Source: an uncultured bacterium | Lineage (GTDB): Bacteria > Actinomycetota > Acidimicrobiia > Spongiisociales > UBA5794 | Assembly (NCBI GenBank): GCA_963801165.1 | Contig: CAWDDT010000006.1 | Coordinates: 590,577 to 654,576, forward strand | Reading direction: 5' to 3' | Length of the DNA stretch: 64,000 nucleotides | Shown here: positions 9,863-19,004 of the stretch, one piece after another | Numbering within the stretch: the stretch's first letter is position 1 | How the letters are laid out: each line of letters starts with the position of its first letter | Program-made: the position numbers and the translations under genes | The notes under the pieces: generated by a model | Told to the model about the DNA's origin: nothing | Database searches by the model: none | The model's input: the letters and a program-made list of their open reading frames with translations, nothing else

Positions 9863-10593
9863 CGACGCTGTCCCCCACGGCAACCGCTGCGCTCGAGGCC
9901 AAGATCGATGCCCTCACCGACCAGGTCGCTTTCCTGACCCAGGAGGCCGAGCTGGCCAGACGGCGCCGCGAGTTCTGGACCGATCTCCAGAGCGACGTGA
10001 TGCCGATCGCCGGGGACTTCCTCCAGGTCCTGGAGCGTGAGCTCGACGAGCTCAGCTGCAACGTGTGCATGGCGGACTTCGGCGATCTGCTACGCAGATT
10101 CGTCCGCGTAGCGCCGATCCTCGATCAGGGTCTCCGCTATCTCGAGATGTTCGCCGATCTCGCATCCGACATGATGCCGCTCAGCGAGCACGCCTTGAGC
10201 GTCGCCACCGATAGGCTCGTCGAACTCGACCAGAAGGGCTATTTCGGCTTCGCCAAGAGCTCCTGGCACGTCGTAGACCGGATCGTCACAGGCTTCAGCG
10301 AGAACGATGTGGAAGCCCTCGGTGACAATGTCGTGCTCATCCTGGACACGATCAAGGAGCTGACCCAGCCCGAGATCATGGCCGCCCTGCACCACATGAT
10401 CGAGGCCGTGCAGAGGCAGCAGGCGCAGATGGATCACGAGGCCGAGAGGCCCCCCGGCCTCTTCAAGCTCGCGATGCGGCTGCGCGATCCCGAGGTCCGC
10501 CGCGGGATGAACCGGGCGCTCAACACGCTCGGCGCCGTCGCTGAGGTCGACCCCAACCAACCAGTTTCGGATACCAAGACAACCAACCCTTAG
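9859..10593 (+). CDS. DUF1641-domain protein (SQR-associated)
   Basis: C-terminal PPGLFKL..LRDPEVRRGM; ATGA overlap with sqr. Confidence 0.75.
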   Translation: MTTLSPTATAALEAKIDALTDQVAFLTQEAELARRRREFWTDLQSDVMPIAGDFLQVLERELDELSCNVCMADFGDLLRRFVRVAPILDQGLRYLEMFADLASDMMPLSEHALSVATDRLVELDQKGYFGFAKSSWHVVDRIVTGFSENDVEALGDNVVLILDTIKELTQPEIMAALHHMIEAVQRQQAQMDHEAERPPGLFKLAMRLRDPEVRRGMNRALNTLGAVAEVDPNQPVSDTKTTNP

Positions 10594-10603
10594 GAGGTAG
10601 CAA

Positions 10604-10918
10604 ATGCCAGTCATCAAGATCGCCGGAGCCGACGTCAGCGTCGACGGCGAAGGCTTCATGACCGAATACGACCAGTGGAACGAGGACATCGCCAAGGAGC
10701 TGGCCGGCAACATCGGTGTCGAGCTGACCGACGGCCATTGGCAGGTCATCAAGTTCCTGCGTGAGGACTACAAGGAGCAGGGCGAGACGCCGATGTTGCG
10801 GCGGGTCTCCAACGTCGGCGGAGTTCCCACCAAGCAACTGTTCGAGATGTTCCCCAAGAAACCGGCCAAGAAGATGGCCTACATCGCCGGTGTCCCGAAG
10901 CCGCAGGGCTGCGTCTGA
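10604..10918 (+). CDS. tusE: TusE/DsrC-family sulfur carrier
   Basis: DGEGF..WNEDIA..LTDGHWQVIKFLR..AGVPKPQGCV; only the terminal Cys present; GGAGG RBS. Confidence 0.9.
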   Translation: MPVIKIAGADVSVDGEGFMTEYDQWNEDIAKELAGNIGVELTDGHWQVIKFLREDYKEQGETPMLRRVSNVGGVPTKQLFEMFPKKPAKKMAYIAGVPKPQGCV

Positions 10919-10952
10919 CAACCGACCGTCCGATCTACAAGGAGTACGAGTC

Positions 10953-11465
10953 ATGACATTTGTTCCCGACTTTGGTGACGATGGTGGCGATCGGAAGATC
11001 TGCTTCATCGCATCCAAGGGCACCCTCGACATGGTGTATCCGTCGCTCGTGATGGCCAACGCCGCTTTGGGCGAGGGCGTCGAGACGCACATCTTCTTCA
11101 CGTTTTGGGGCCTGGACATCATCACCAAGAAGCATATGGACAACCTGCAGTTCACCTGGATGGGCAATACGGCCATGCACCCGACCGGCAAGAAATTCCA
11201 TATGCCCCAGGGCATGGCCGGGCTACCGGGCATGACCGCCATTGCCACCAAGATGATGAAGAAGCAGATTGCCGATCTCGACGTCCCGGACGTCCCCGAG
11301 TTCATTCAGATGATCTCCGACGCCGGAGGTCATCTGTGGGCGTGCAAGATGTCCGTCGACATGATGGGCTTGACCAAGGACGACATGATCCCCGAGGTCG
11401 AGGGCGTCATCTCGGCAACCGATTTCATCGAACTGTCAGACGGCGGCCAGATCATATTCACCTGA
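10953..11465 (+). CDS. DsrE2-like (DsrE/F/H family) sulfurtransferase
   Basis: SKGTLDM.YP, FFTFWGL, ACKMSVDMMG. Confidence 0.88.
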   Translation: MTFVPDFGDDGGDRKICFIASKGTLDMVYPSLVMANAALGEGVETHIFFTFWGLDIITKKHMDNLQFTWMGNTAMHPTGKKFHMPQGMAGLPGMTAIATKMMKKQIADLDVPDVPEFIQMISDAGGHLWACKMSVDMMGLTKDDMIPEVEGVISATDFIELSDGGQIIFT

Positions 11466-11486
11466 GCAACCGGGATCGACCAAACT

Positions 11487-11517
11487 GAACGGGACCCAAC
11501 CGGGTCCCGTTCTATTT
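11487..11517 (+). terminator. Intrinsic terminator
   Basis: GAACGGGACCC-aacc-GGGTCCCGTTC followed by TATTT. Confidence 0.65.
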
Positions 11518-11549
11518 GCCTTCGGAATCAAGCGACGATAGGAGCTGCC

Positions 11550-11942
11550 ATGTCCGACTACTCATTCTCGACGACCGTCGCAGGACCGATCGAGACTGCC
11601 CGGGAGAAGGTCGCCGCCGCCCTGGCAACGGAGGGTTTCGGGATCCTCACCGAGATCGACGTAGCCGCGACCATGAAGAAGAAATTGGACATCGACTTCG
11701 AGCCGTATCTCATCCTGGGGGCGTGCAACCCTCAGCTCGCACACCGCGCCCTCAGCGCCGATCCCAGCATCGGAGTTCTCCTCCCCTGCAACGTCGTGCT
11801 GCGAGACAGTAAGGGCGAGATCACGGTCGAGTTCATGGATCCGGCGGCAGTGCTCACACTGGTCGAAAGAGAGGGCATCGCCGAGATCGCAGCCGAAGTG
11901 AAGGGAAGGCTCGTCCGCGTGAAAGAAGCCCTCGCCGGCTGA
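11550..11942 (+). CDS. DUF302 protein
   Basis: EGFGILTEIDV..YLILGACNP..LLPCNVV. Confidence 0.9.
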   Translation: MSDYSFSTTVAGPIETAREKVAAALATEGFGILTEIDVAATMKKKLDIDFEPYLILGACNPQLAHRALSADPSIGVLLPCNVVLRDSKGEITVEFMDPAAVLTLVEREGIAEIAAEVKGRLVRVKEALAG

Positions 11943-11966
11943 CCTTTCCAGAATTACGATGGTGCC

Positions 11967-12341
11967 GAGCCCGGGAGACGACCGCGTTCGGCGCCGCCGA
12001 CCCGTTCGGCGCACCGACCGAGGAAAGTCCGGACTCCGCAGGGCATGGTGCTGGGTAACACCCAGGCGGGGCAACCCGACGGAAAGTGCAACAGAGAGCA
12101 GACCGCCGTAACGGCAAGGGTGAAACGGTGGTGTAAGAGACCACCAGCGCTCCGGGTGACCGGGGCGGCTAGGCAAACCCCACCAGGAGCAAGGCCAAGC
12201 AGGGAGTGAGCTGCCCGCTCGTTAATCCCAGGTGGGCCGCATGAGCCCGTCCAGCAATGGCGGGCCTAGATAGATGGTCGTCGCCGGGCGCCGGTCCTCG
12301 GACCGGATGCCGGGTACAGAATCCGGCTTACGACCGGGCTC
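11967..12341 (+). ncRNA. rnpB: RNase P RNA, bacterial type A
   Basis: GAGGAAAGTCCGGACTCC, GGAAAGTGCAACAG, GGGTGAAACGGTGGTGTAAGAGACCACC, ACAGAATCCGGCTTAC; ends pair (GAGCCCGG/CCGGGCTC). Confidence 0.97.
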
Positions 12342-12344
12342 ATA

Positions 12345-12376
12345 GGAAGGGCCCCCGAGCATTCGGGGGCCCTTCC
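12345..12376 (+). terminator. Terminator hairpin after rnpB
   Basis: GGAAGGGCCCCCGA-gcat-TCGGGGGCCCTTCC. Confidence 0.75.
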
Positions 12377-12454
12377 ACTTCTCCGCCAGCTGTAATCTTC
12401 AGGGGTGTGCTACCAACTCCAGGTCAGGCCCGGAGCCTCTCTAGCACCCTTCTC

Positions 12455-13297
12455 TCACTCATCGCCCCAGCCACTGACGACGGCGTACGCACCCGAGGAC
12501 CCGGTGCCTTCGTCCGAGTGATGTCGGAACATAGCGAGGAAAGCAGCGCGCGGCTCATGACCGTTGGAGAGCGGCTCCAGCGTGATGCCGACTCTCAGCT
12601 CCGCCCCCGACGGGTGAACAAACCTGACCACTACCTCTTCGAGATCCTCGTCTTCCTTCTCGATGGCAAGGCGCCACCGTTCCATATCGGCGGGGTGGCA
12701 CATAGCGACAAGCGGGACTCCGATGACCTCGCTCAGCGGCAGTCCCAGCATGTCCGCCGCGTCCTCCTCGGCAAACAGGAGCGCACCCTCTCTATCCAGG
12801 ATGGCAACTGCGGTCGGGTTCTCGTCGCTGGAGAGGGCATCTTCACCCGTGATCGGCGAGGTTGTTTGAGCCTTGTTCTTGCTGTGGCTCTCGGAACTAT
12901 GACGCTGGATGGCAAGCTGCACAGATCGTGCCAGCGCATCGGCGGTCACGGTGCCCTTGACGAGATAGTCCTGCGCCCCGCGGCGAACGGCACGCAACGC
13001 GAGGTGGTCGTCCTTGTGGGCGCTGAGTACGACAATGGGAACGTGCGGAGCGTTCAGCAGCATCGAGTCGACCGCCTCGAGCCCATCAGCATCGGGAAGC
13101 ACCAGATCCAGGAGCACACAGTCTGGAGCGGATTCGCGTATGGCCTCCAACGCAGATTCGAGCCGCTTGACATGACGAACCGGGGCTTCGTCCCCCCATG
13201 CCTCGCTGAGCATCGTCAGAACCAGACGCGCATGAAGCGTGTTGTCTTCAACCACCAGGAGATCCGGTGGCCCGTTGCTCATATTGTCTTGTTCCAT
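12455..13297 (-). CDS. Response-regulator receiver + PAS protein with no output domain
   Basis: LLVVEDN, VLLDLVLPD, GAQDYLVK; C-terminal PAS (AADMLG..CHPAD). Confidence 0.8.
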   Translation of the reverse strand: MEQDNMSNGPPDLLVVEDNTLHARLVLTMLSEAWGDEAPVRHVKRLESALEAIRESAPDCVLLDLVLPDADGLEAVDSMLLNAPHVPIVVLSAHKDDHLALRAVRRGAQDYLVKGTVTADALARSVQLAIQRHSSESHSKNKAQTTSPITGEDALSSDENPTAVAILDREGALLFAEEDAADMLGLPLSEVIGVPLVAMCHPADMERWRLAIEKEDEDLEEVVVRFVHPSGAELRVGITLEPLSNGHEPRAAFLAMFRHHSDEGTGSSGAYAVVSGWGDE

Positions 13298-13570
13298 CGT
13301 CTGGGCCCTCCGCTGGATCAGCGCCTCTCGATGAATCGGCCGGTTGTGCCGTTGCCTTGAGCCGGTAGTGCCAGGGGTGTGACATCGGCCCAATTACCGC
13401 CAGGTGCGACCTCGTCGTGATGCCCGAGAATACATCCACCGAGCAGGCACTCAGCCAGAGCTGCCCACCCTCGCCCGATTGCCGGACCGCCGCCCTCGTG
13501 TCGGCGCAGACGTGCCAGGATGGGAGCCGCGCCATCTCCCCCATGGCCGCTCGCATGAGAAAGGAAAGCC

Positions 13571-14557
13571 GTGACCCAATTCGCCTATTTCTGCGGCCAT
13601 GAGCAATGGCAGCCTGAAACACTCGTCGAGCATGCGGTCCTTGCAGAGCAAGCGGGTTTCGACTTCCTCGTTGTCTCCGAGCACTTCCATCCATGGGTCG
13701 ACGACACTTCGGCGGCGGGATACGCCTTCTCGACGATCGGCGCCATGGCCCAGGCCACCTCCCGGGTCAACATCGCAACCGGCGTCACCACGCCCCTGTT
13801 CCGGTACCACCCTGCCGTCGTTGCGCAGGCAGCGGCCACCCTTGATAGGTTGTCGGGCGGACGGTTCCACCTCGGCGTTGGCACAGGTGAGAACCTCAAC
13901 GAAGGCCCGCTCGGCTACCCCTTCCCCGGCTACGCGGAACGGGCGGCTCGCATGAGGGAGGCGCTCCAGATCATGAGACGCCTCCTCGACGGCGAGAAGC
14001 TCGACTTCGCCGGCGACTTCTACCAGACCGACCGCGCCCGGCTGTACAGCCCGCCGATCGGACGAGTTCCGATCTGGCTCGCAGCGGGCGGACCTAAGTC
14101 GGCTTCCCTTGCCGCCGAACTCGCAGATGGCATCATCACCAGTGTCAAGAAGCCGGCCGACACCTTCGAGAAAGTAATCGAGCCCGCCCGCACGGCAACC
14201 GCGGGCGCCGGCAAGGAGCAGCTGCCAGTGATGGCTTCGCGCTGGTCCGTCCGTGCGGACAACGACGATGAAGCGTGGGAGGCACTATCGGCGTGGCGTG
14301 GGTTGCGGGCGCCGGGGCGCCTGGAGGCAGTCGATCCCCAGGTGTTGCGGGAACGAGCCGACGCCATGGACCGCCGCGAGGTTCTCGAGAGCTACTCGCT
14401 CGTCGCTACGGCGGCCGACTACGTCGACCAGTACTCGCCTCTGGTCACCGACCTTCACGCCGACATCGTTGTGATCCAGACGACATCGCTCGATCAACCG
14501 GACACCATCGCAATGCTGGGCAGAGACGTCCTTCCCGAGCTGCGCGGTCTCCTGTGA
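13571..14557 (+). CDS. F420-dependent LLM-class oxidoreductase (G6PDH-like family)
   Basis: HEQW.P, SEHFHPW, TGVTTP..RYHPAVVAQ, LGVGTGENLNE. Confidence 0.88.
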   Translation: MTQFAYFCGHEQWQPETLVEHAVLAEQAGFDFLVVSEHFHPWVDDTSAAGYAFSTIGAMAQATSRVNIATGVTTPLFRYHPAVVAQAAATLDRLSGGRFHLGVGTGENLNEGPLGYPFPGYAERAARMREALQIMRRLLDGEKLDFAGDFYQTDRARLYSPPIGRVPIWLAAGGPKSASLAAELADGIITSVKKPADTFEKVIEPARTATAGAGKEQLPVMASRWSVRADNDDEAWEALSAWRGLRAPGRLEAVDPQVLRERADAMDRREVLESYSLVATAADYVDQYSPLVTDLHADIVVIQTTSLDQPDTIAMLGRDVLPELRGLL

Positions 14558-14563
14558 TGTGCC

Positions 14564-15226
14564 TCAGGAGACGTCGGCGGTGAGCTGCCGGATGTATTCG
14601 ATCTCGAACGCGAGATTCTTGTTACCCTGATCGAGCGCAGACGCCGCCTCGAGACCCGGGAGAACGGCGTCGGCGTACGCAGCTGCTACCTCGCTCGCAT
14701 GCTCCCCATGCAACGCGGAGTCGAGATAGTCACCCAACGGGCCTATCAATGCAGGTCCCACGGTGGCTGCAAAGTCGATCTGCCAGCCCGACTCGCCACG
14801 CCGCAGAACGATCCTTCCCTCGCTCGTCGAAGTCGAAATGGCCACCGCGACGTGGTCTGCAATGCCCGGTACCGGCTCGAGGTTGCCTATCACGACCGCC
14901 GAGAGCGGCTCACCGCGGATCGCGGCGAAATCGTCCCGGAAGGACGTCCAGTATCCCGTCGCCAGGTCGTCTCCAAGACCGGTCGTCAGCAGACCGACCA
15001 GGTCATCCGATCGCAGGCTGTTCTCGACCGCAGCCACCACGGCCAATCCCGCAGGCTCGACGAGCGGCTCGAGCGTTGCCACGTCCGGCCCTTCGAGCGC
15101 CTGCAACCAGTCGGCGACCACCTGGGTCGGCTCGAGGTCGCCGACAACCGTGGTCGTGGTGTCGTCGGCTCCCCGCGCGCAGCCGGCAAGCAGTAAGACA
15201 GCCACAATCGACAGTACAAAACGCAT
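14564..15226 (-). CDS. Lipoprotein of unknown function
   Basis: Lipobox LLLAGC; acidic mature domain. Confidence 0.7.
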   Translation of the reverse strand: MRFVLSIVAVLLLAGCARGADDTTTTVVGDLEPTQVVADWLQALEGPDVATLEPLVEPAGLAVVAAVENSLRSDDLVGLLTTGLGDDLATGYWTSFRDDFAAIRGEPLSAVVIGNLEPVPGIADHVAVAISTSTSEGRIVLRRGESGWQIDFAATVGPALIGPLGDYLDSALHGEHASEVAAAYADAVLPGLEAASALDQGNKNLAFEIEYIRQLTADVS

Positions 15227-15284
15227 CCCCCCAGGCTACCGACGTAGAGTCGCCAACTGAACCTGGGGACCCTACACTCGCCGG

Positions 15285-15641
15285 ATGTCCGCGACCCCCA
15301 GCCGTGCCATCATCCTCGGCCTCGTCGCCGGGACTCTTGCGGGGCTGCTCGGTATCGGGGGCGGCATCGTCATCATCCCCGGTCTCGTTCTCTGGCTCGG
15401 ATTCGGCCAGCACGAGGCTTCGGGCACCTCGATCACGACCGTCATCGCCACCTCGGCGGCGGCCCTCATCTCCTTCGCTTTCGACGGGTCGGTCGACTGG
15501 CATGCCGCGGCGCTGATCGCGATCGGCGCCCTCACCGGGGCCTCCATCGGTACCCGGATCCTGCACCTGATCCCCGCCAAGGTGCTCACCAAGGCCTTCT
15601 CAGTGGTCGCCATCATCGCCGCAGTCAGAATGGCGCTTTGA
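15285..15641 (+). CDS. TauE/SafE (TSUP) exporter, half-size subunit 1
   Basis: GLLGIGGGIVIIP, QHEASGTS. Confidence 0.85.
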   Translation: MSATPSRAIILGLVAGTLAGLLGIGGGIVIIPGLVLWLGFGQHEASGTSITTVIATSAAALISFAFDGSVDWHAAALIAIGALTGASIGTRILHLIPAKVLTKAFSVVAIIAAVRMAL

Positions 15642-15997
15642 TGCCGGACGCGATTGCGTTCATCCTGCTCGGCCTGTTTGCCGGATTCGTCGCCTCGACC
15701 CTGGGTCTCGGCGGCGGCTTCATCTATGTACCGATGCTTGTCGTCTTCTTCGCCTTCGAACAACACACCGCACAGGGCACATCGCTTGCCGTGATCTTGC
15801 CGACCGCGCTTGTGGCGGGCTACCTGCACAGCAAGCGAGGAAGGGTCCGCTGGCGAACGGCGCTGCTCATGGGTGCGGGTGGGATCGTCGGTGGCTTCGC
15901 CGGGTCATTTCTGGCGCTGCGTTTGCCCGCCGACTTGCTGCGCAGGCTGTTCGCCGTTCTGCTAGTGCTTGTCGCGATCAGGATGTTCAACAAGTAG
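15638..15997 (+). CDS. TauE/SafE (TSUP) exporter, half-size subunit 2
   Basis: LGLGGGFIYVP, QHTAQGTSL; overlaps subunit 1 stop. Confidence 0.85.
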   Translation: MMPDAIAFILLGLFAGFVASTLGLGGGFIYVPMLVVFFAFEQHTAQGTSLAVILPTALVAGYLHSKRGRVRWRTALLMGAGGIVGGFAGSFLALRLPADLLRRLFAVLLVLVAIRMFNK

Positions 15998-16529
15998 CGT
16001 CACCTTCGATCGGCACATCGACGCGACCTGTGCGCCACAGCCTCGCCCGTTGCTCGGCGTCCGACAGCCGGGCGGCAGACCACAGATACGCCAGGTACCC
16101 CAGCCCCACGACCTCGCCGAGCCAGACCTTCCAGTCGCCCAGGACCGCTCCGACATATCCCCCCACGGTCGCAGGGCCGGCAGGCGAGAAACTCCATCCG
16201 AGCAGCGGCCACCACAGCGTCTCCGGGTCCAGCCACATGGCGTCGAGCAGGATGTGCAGCAGTAGACCAATGGCGAGGGGCATCCACATCTTGCGGGGGC
16301 GCCCGCGCCGGGTCGACATCACCACGGCAACCATCACGAGGGCTGCCAGCAGCAACCCGTGTGTCACCAGACGCACGCTATGCAACCTGCTGTAGAACAA
16401 CAGCCCGACCGGTGTGTCGATGACATCAGGAAGCAACGCTCCGAGCAGGAGAATCCTCAGATCCATCCGGTCATCACGAAACGTGTAGCGGGCAATGGCG
16501 ATCGAAGCGCCGGCATGCCAGAAAAGCAT
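15987..16529 (-). CDS. Membrane-bound metal-dependent hydrolase (YdjM-like)
   Basis: WH, GALLPDVID, H, HILLD, LWWP motifs. Confidence 0.8.
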   Translation of the reverse strand: MLFWHAGASIAIARYTFRDDRMDLRILLLGALLPDVIDTPVGLLFYSRLHSVRLVTHGLLLAALVMVAVVMSTRRGRPRKMWMPLAIGLLLHILLDAMWLDPETLWWPLLGWSFSPAGPATVGGYVGAVLGDWKVWLGEVVGLGYLAYLWSAARLSDAEQRARLWRTGRVDVPIEGDATC

Positions 16530-16538
16530 CTCGTGCGA

Positions 16539-17249
16539 TCAGACGGCGAGAATCCGGCGGCAGTGGATACACCGGGGCGGGTCGGAGCGCTTGGCCTCGC
16601 TCACCTCCGGTGCGGTCAGCTTGAGATGACAGCCGCCACACGTGTTGTCGGTGAGCGAACCAACGGCGACGCCCTCCTTGGTGCCACGCAGTTGCTCATA
16701 CAGACCGAGGAGGTTCTCGTCGATCAGACGGACGATATCGGCCTTGCGCGCCTCCTTGACAGCAAGCTCGGCGTCAATGCCTGCCCACGCTTTCCTGATC
16801 GCGCCCTCGAACCCGGACCTCACTGTGCCGGCTTCCTCGTGTCGCGCCGTCAGGTCGGCTACAACGGCTTCCTGTTGCTCACGACTCTCCATCAGTTCGA
16901 GGACCTTGTCCTCGGCATCGCTCCGCTGCTTGGCCAGCATCTCGACCTCGCGCCGGAGGTAGTCGGCGTCGCGGGCGCTCAGCCCGCCTGCGTACAGCCG
17001 GTTCTGCTCCGCTTCCAGCCGTTGGGCTGTGATCTCCATCTCGCCTTCGGTCTTGTCGAGCTGGAGCGCCGTCTCCTGCATCTCGGTCCCGGCGGCGTCG
17101 AGTTGTTGCCGCAATGTCTCGAATTGCTCATGCGCAACGCGGTATTGGTCGAGCTCGGGAAGCGATTGCCTCTCGTGTAGAAGACGATCGATCTGGAGGT
17201 CTACTTCTTGCAGATCGAGGAGGTCGGCAAGACTCTGTAGTTCCTCCAT
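16539..17249 (-). CDS. Coiled-coil protein with C4 zinc ribbon (DUF164-like)
   Basis: LLDLQEVD, coiled coil, CGGCH..CIHCRRIL; next to Nif3. Confidence 0.88.
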   Translation of the reverse strand: MEELQSLADLLDLQEVDLQIDRLLHERQSLPELDQYRVAHEQFETLRQQLDAAGTEMQETALQLDKTEGEMEITAQRLEAEQNRLYAGGLSARDADYLRREVEMLAKQRSDAEDKVLELMESREQQEAVVADLTARHEEAGTVRSGFEGAIRKAWAGIDAELAVKEARKADIVRLIDENLLGLYEQLRGTKEGVAVGSLTDNTCGGCHLKLTAPEVSEAKRSDPPRCIHCRRILAV

Positions 17250-17251
17250 GC

Positions 17252-18340
17252 TCACCGTTCCTTCCACGGGTCGGCGTCGATATCGGTCATGTCGACGACA
17301 TCACCTGCCATTTGTGCGACCGCAGCGTACAACGATCGCACGCCCGGCCGTTCCGTGGCCGCATGACCCGGGTCGATCACGGCCAGCCCGCGCGCGACTG
17401 CGTCGCGGGCCTGGTGATGCCCGATGTCCCCGGTCACCACAACATCGGCATCGACATCTCCCAACATCGACCCACCCGAGCCGGGGATCACCGCCGCGGT
17501 GGCGGCTATGCCCGAACCGGCGACTCGCACCACCCCTCCGAGCCGCTCCGCGACCCGGCCCGCCAGCTCGGACACGGCGACCGGTCGCTCGAGACGACCG
17601 ACCCTACCGATGAACCCGGCGTTGGACCGGGCCTCGATCACGTCATAGGCGGGTTCCTCGTAAGGATGAGCGGCCACCAGCGCGGCGGCGACACGATCGG
17701 CCCGGGACACGAGAACCGGCATCTCGATGCGTGTCTCCGGCTCGTGGTTGATCACGCCAGGCGATCCGACGACCGGTGCGGCGCCTTCGGCGGGCAGGAA
17801 CGTGCCCTCCCCTTCGCTCCGGTAGGAGCAATACGCATACCGGCCGATGATCCCTGCGCCCGCCTGCGCCATCGCCGCGGTGATGCCGGCCACGGCCCCA
17901 GCGGGTGCGAAGGTAACGATCTTGGCCGTATCTGGACCCCACGCAGGGCCGAATCCCGATGTGTCGGTGAGCCCGATGGCCTCGGCGAGACAATCTGCCG
18001 TCCCTCCCGGCGCAACGTCGAACGCCGTGTGGGTCGTGACTACCGCAACACCGGCCCGGATCAAGCGGAACGCCCGGCCTGCTGCTCCGGTGCCGGCAAC
18101 GAGAGTCCGGGTCGGCCGAAACAGGAGAGGATGGTATGCGACGACGAGATCGACATCGATGGCGATCAGCTGATCGGTGATATCCGGAGTGATCTCGTGG
18201 CAGACGGCGATCCTGGTGACGGGAGCCGCCCGGTCACCCAGCTGAAGTCCGACTGGATCCCATCCCGCCGCCTTACCGAGGTTGAACATCTCCGTCAAAC
18301 GGATAGCAAAATCTCCGACGGTGCCTGGCTGTGTCGTCAT
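17252..18340 (-). CDS. Nif3-like dinuclear metal centre protein
   Basis: WDPVGLQ, YHPLLF, HTAFD, HPYEEPAYD, DPGHAATE. Confidence 0.92.
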   Translation of the reverse strand: MTTQPGTVGDFAIRLTEMFNLGKAAGWDPVGLQLGDRAAPVTRIAVCHEITPDITDQLIAIDVDLVVAYHPLLFRPTRTLVAGTGAAGRAFRLIRAGVAVVTTHTAFDVAPGGTADCLAEAIGLTDTSGFGPAWGPDTAKIVTFAPAGAVAGITAAMAQAGAGIIGRYAYCSYRSEGEGTFLPAEGAAPVVGSPGVINHEPETRIEMPVLVSRADRVAAALVAAHPYEEPAYDVIEARSNAGFIGRVGRLERPVAVSELAGRVAERLGGVVRVAGSGIAATAAVIPGSGGSMLGDVDADVVVTGDIGHHQARDAVARGLAVIDPGHAATERPGVRSLYAAVAQMAGDVVDMTDIDADPWKER

Positions 18341-18382
18341 GAAGCCGATGCTAAACCCAACGGTTACCCGGGTCGCCCCCGA

Positions 18383-18928
18383 CTATCTCAGGTTCTTGGT
18401 CACCCGGGCCACACCAGAATCGACCGACGCCTTGCCAAAGGCTCGCTTGGCCAGAACACGCTCGACGGCATGGTTGCTCGGCAGGTAGACCGCTTCGAAA
18501 CCCATGACGCCCCGTTCGATCGCAGCCAGCTCGAGAATCTCGAGCATCATCGTTGCGATCCCCAGCCGGCGCCAGCCCGTCTTGACGACTACCGCCAATT
18601 CGGCGAGGTTCTCCCCAGACGGCTCAAACCGGGCAATGGCGACCGGCTCCCCCTCGACAAAGCCGACAAGCGCAAAACGGCGCCGGTAGTCCACCTCGGT
18701 GAGGAAACGAAGACGCTTGCTGTCCAGCCTGATCGCCGGGTTGAAGAATCGGTGATAGAGAGTGTCGACGTCGGCAGCGGCCACTTCCTCAGCCAGAAGC
18801 GTGACGTCGCCGGGAACCACCGGACGGAAGTAGATCCTCCGGCCATTGGGCAGCTCGGCTTGCCGCTCGTAGTCGAACGGGTAGCCGGCTGGTAGCCCGG
18901 TGCGGGGTCGTAGGGGTGTCGTCATCAT
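18383..18928 (-). CDS. GNAT acetyltransferase
   Basis: YHRFF, VDYRRRFAL, WRRLGIAT. Confidence 0.82.
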   Translation of the reverse strand: MMTTPLRPRTGLPAGYPFDYERQAELPNGRRIYFRPVVPGDVTLLAEEVAAADVDTLYHRFFNPAIRLDSKRLRFLTEVDYRRRFALVGFVEGEPVAIARFEPSGENLAELAVVVKTGWRRLGIATMMLEILELAAIERGVMGFEAVYLPSNHAVERVLAKRAFGKASVDSGVARVTKNLR

Positions 18929-19004
18929 GCTCTATTACCATTGTAAGCAGAACGCTTGCAATAGCAAGCACTATCGGTAATTACCCGTCGGCATGAGCGA
19001 CGCC

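Noticed and set aside
10604-10918. Evidence for dissimilatory sulfite reduction (true DsrC)
   Set aside because: The second conserved Cys is replaced by Tyr (MAYIAG), and no dsrAB is in the window.
11562-12176. Minus-strand ORFs over 11562-12176
   Set aside because: They are antisense to DUF302 and rnpB and are not protein-like.
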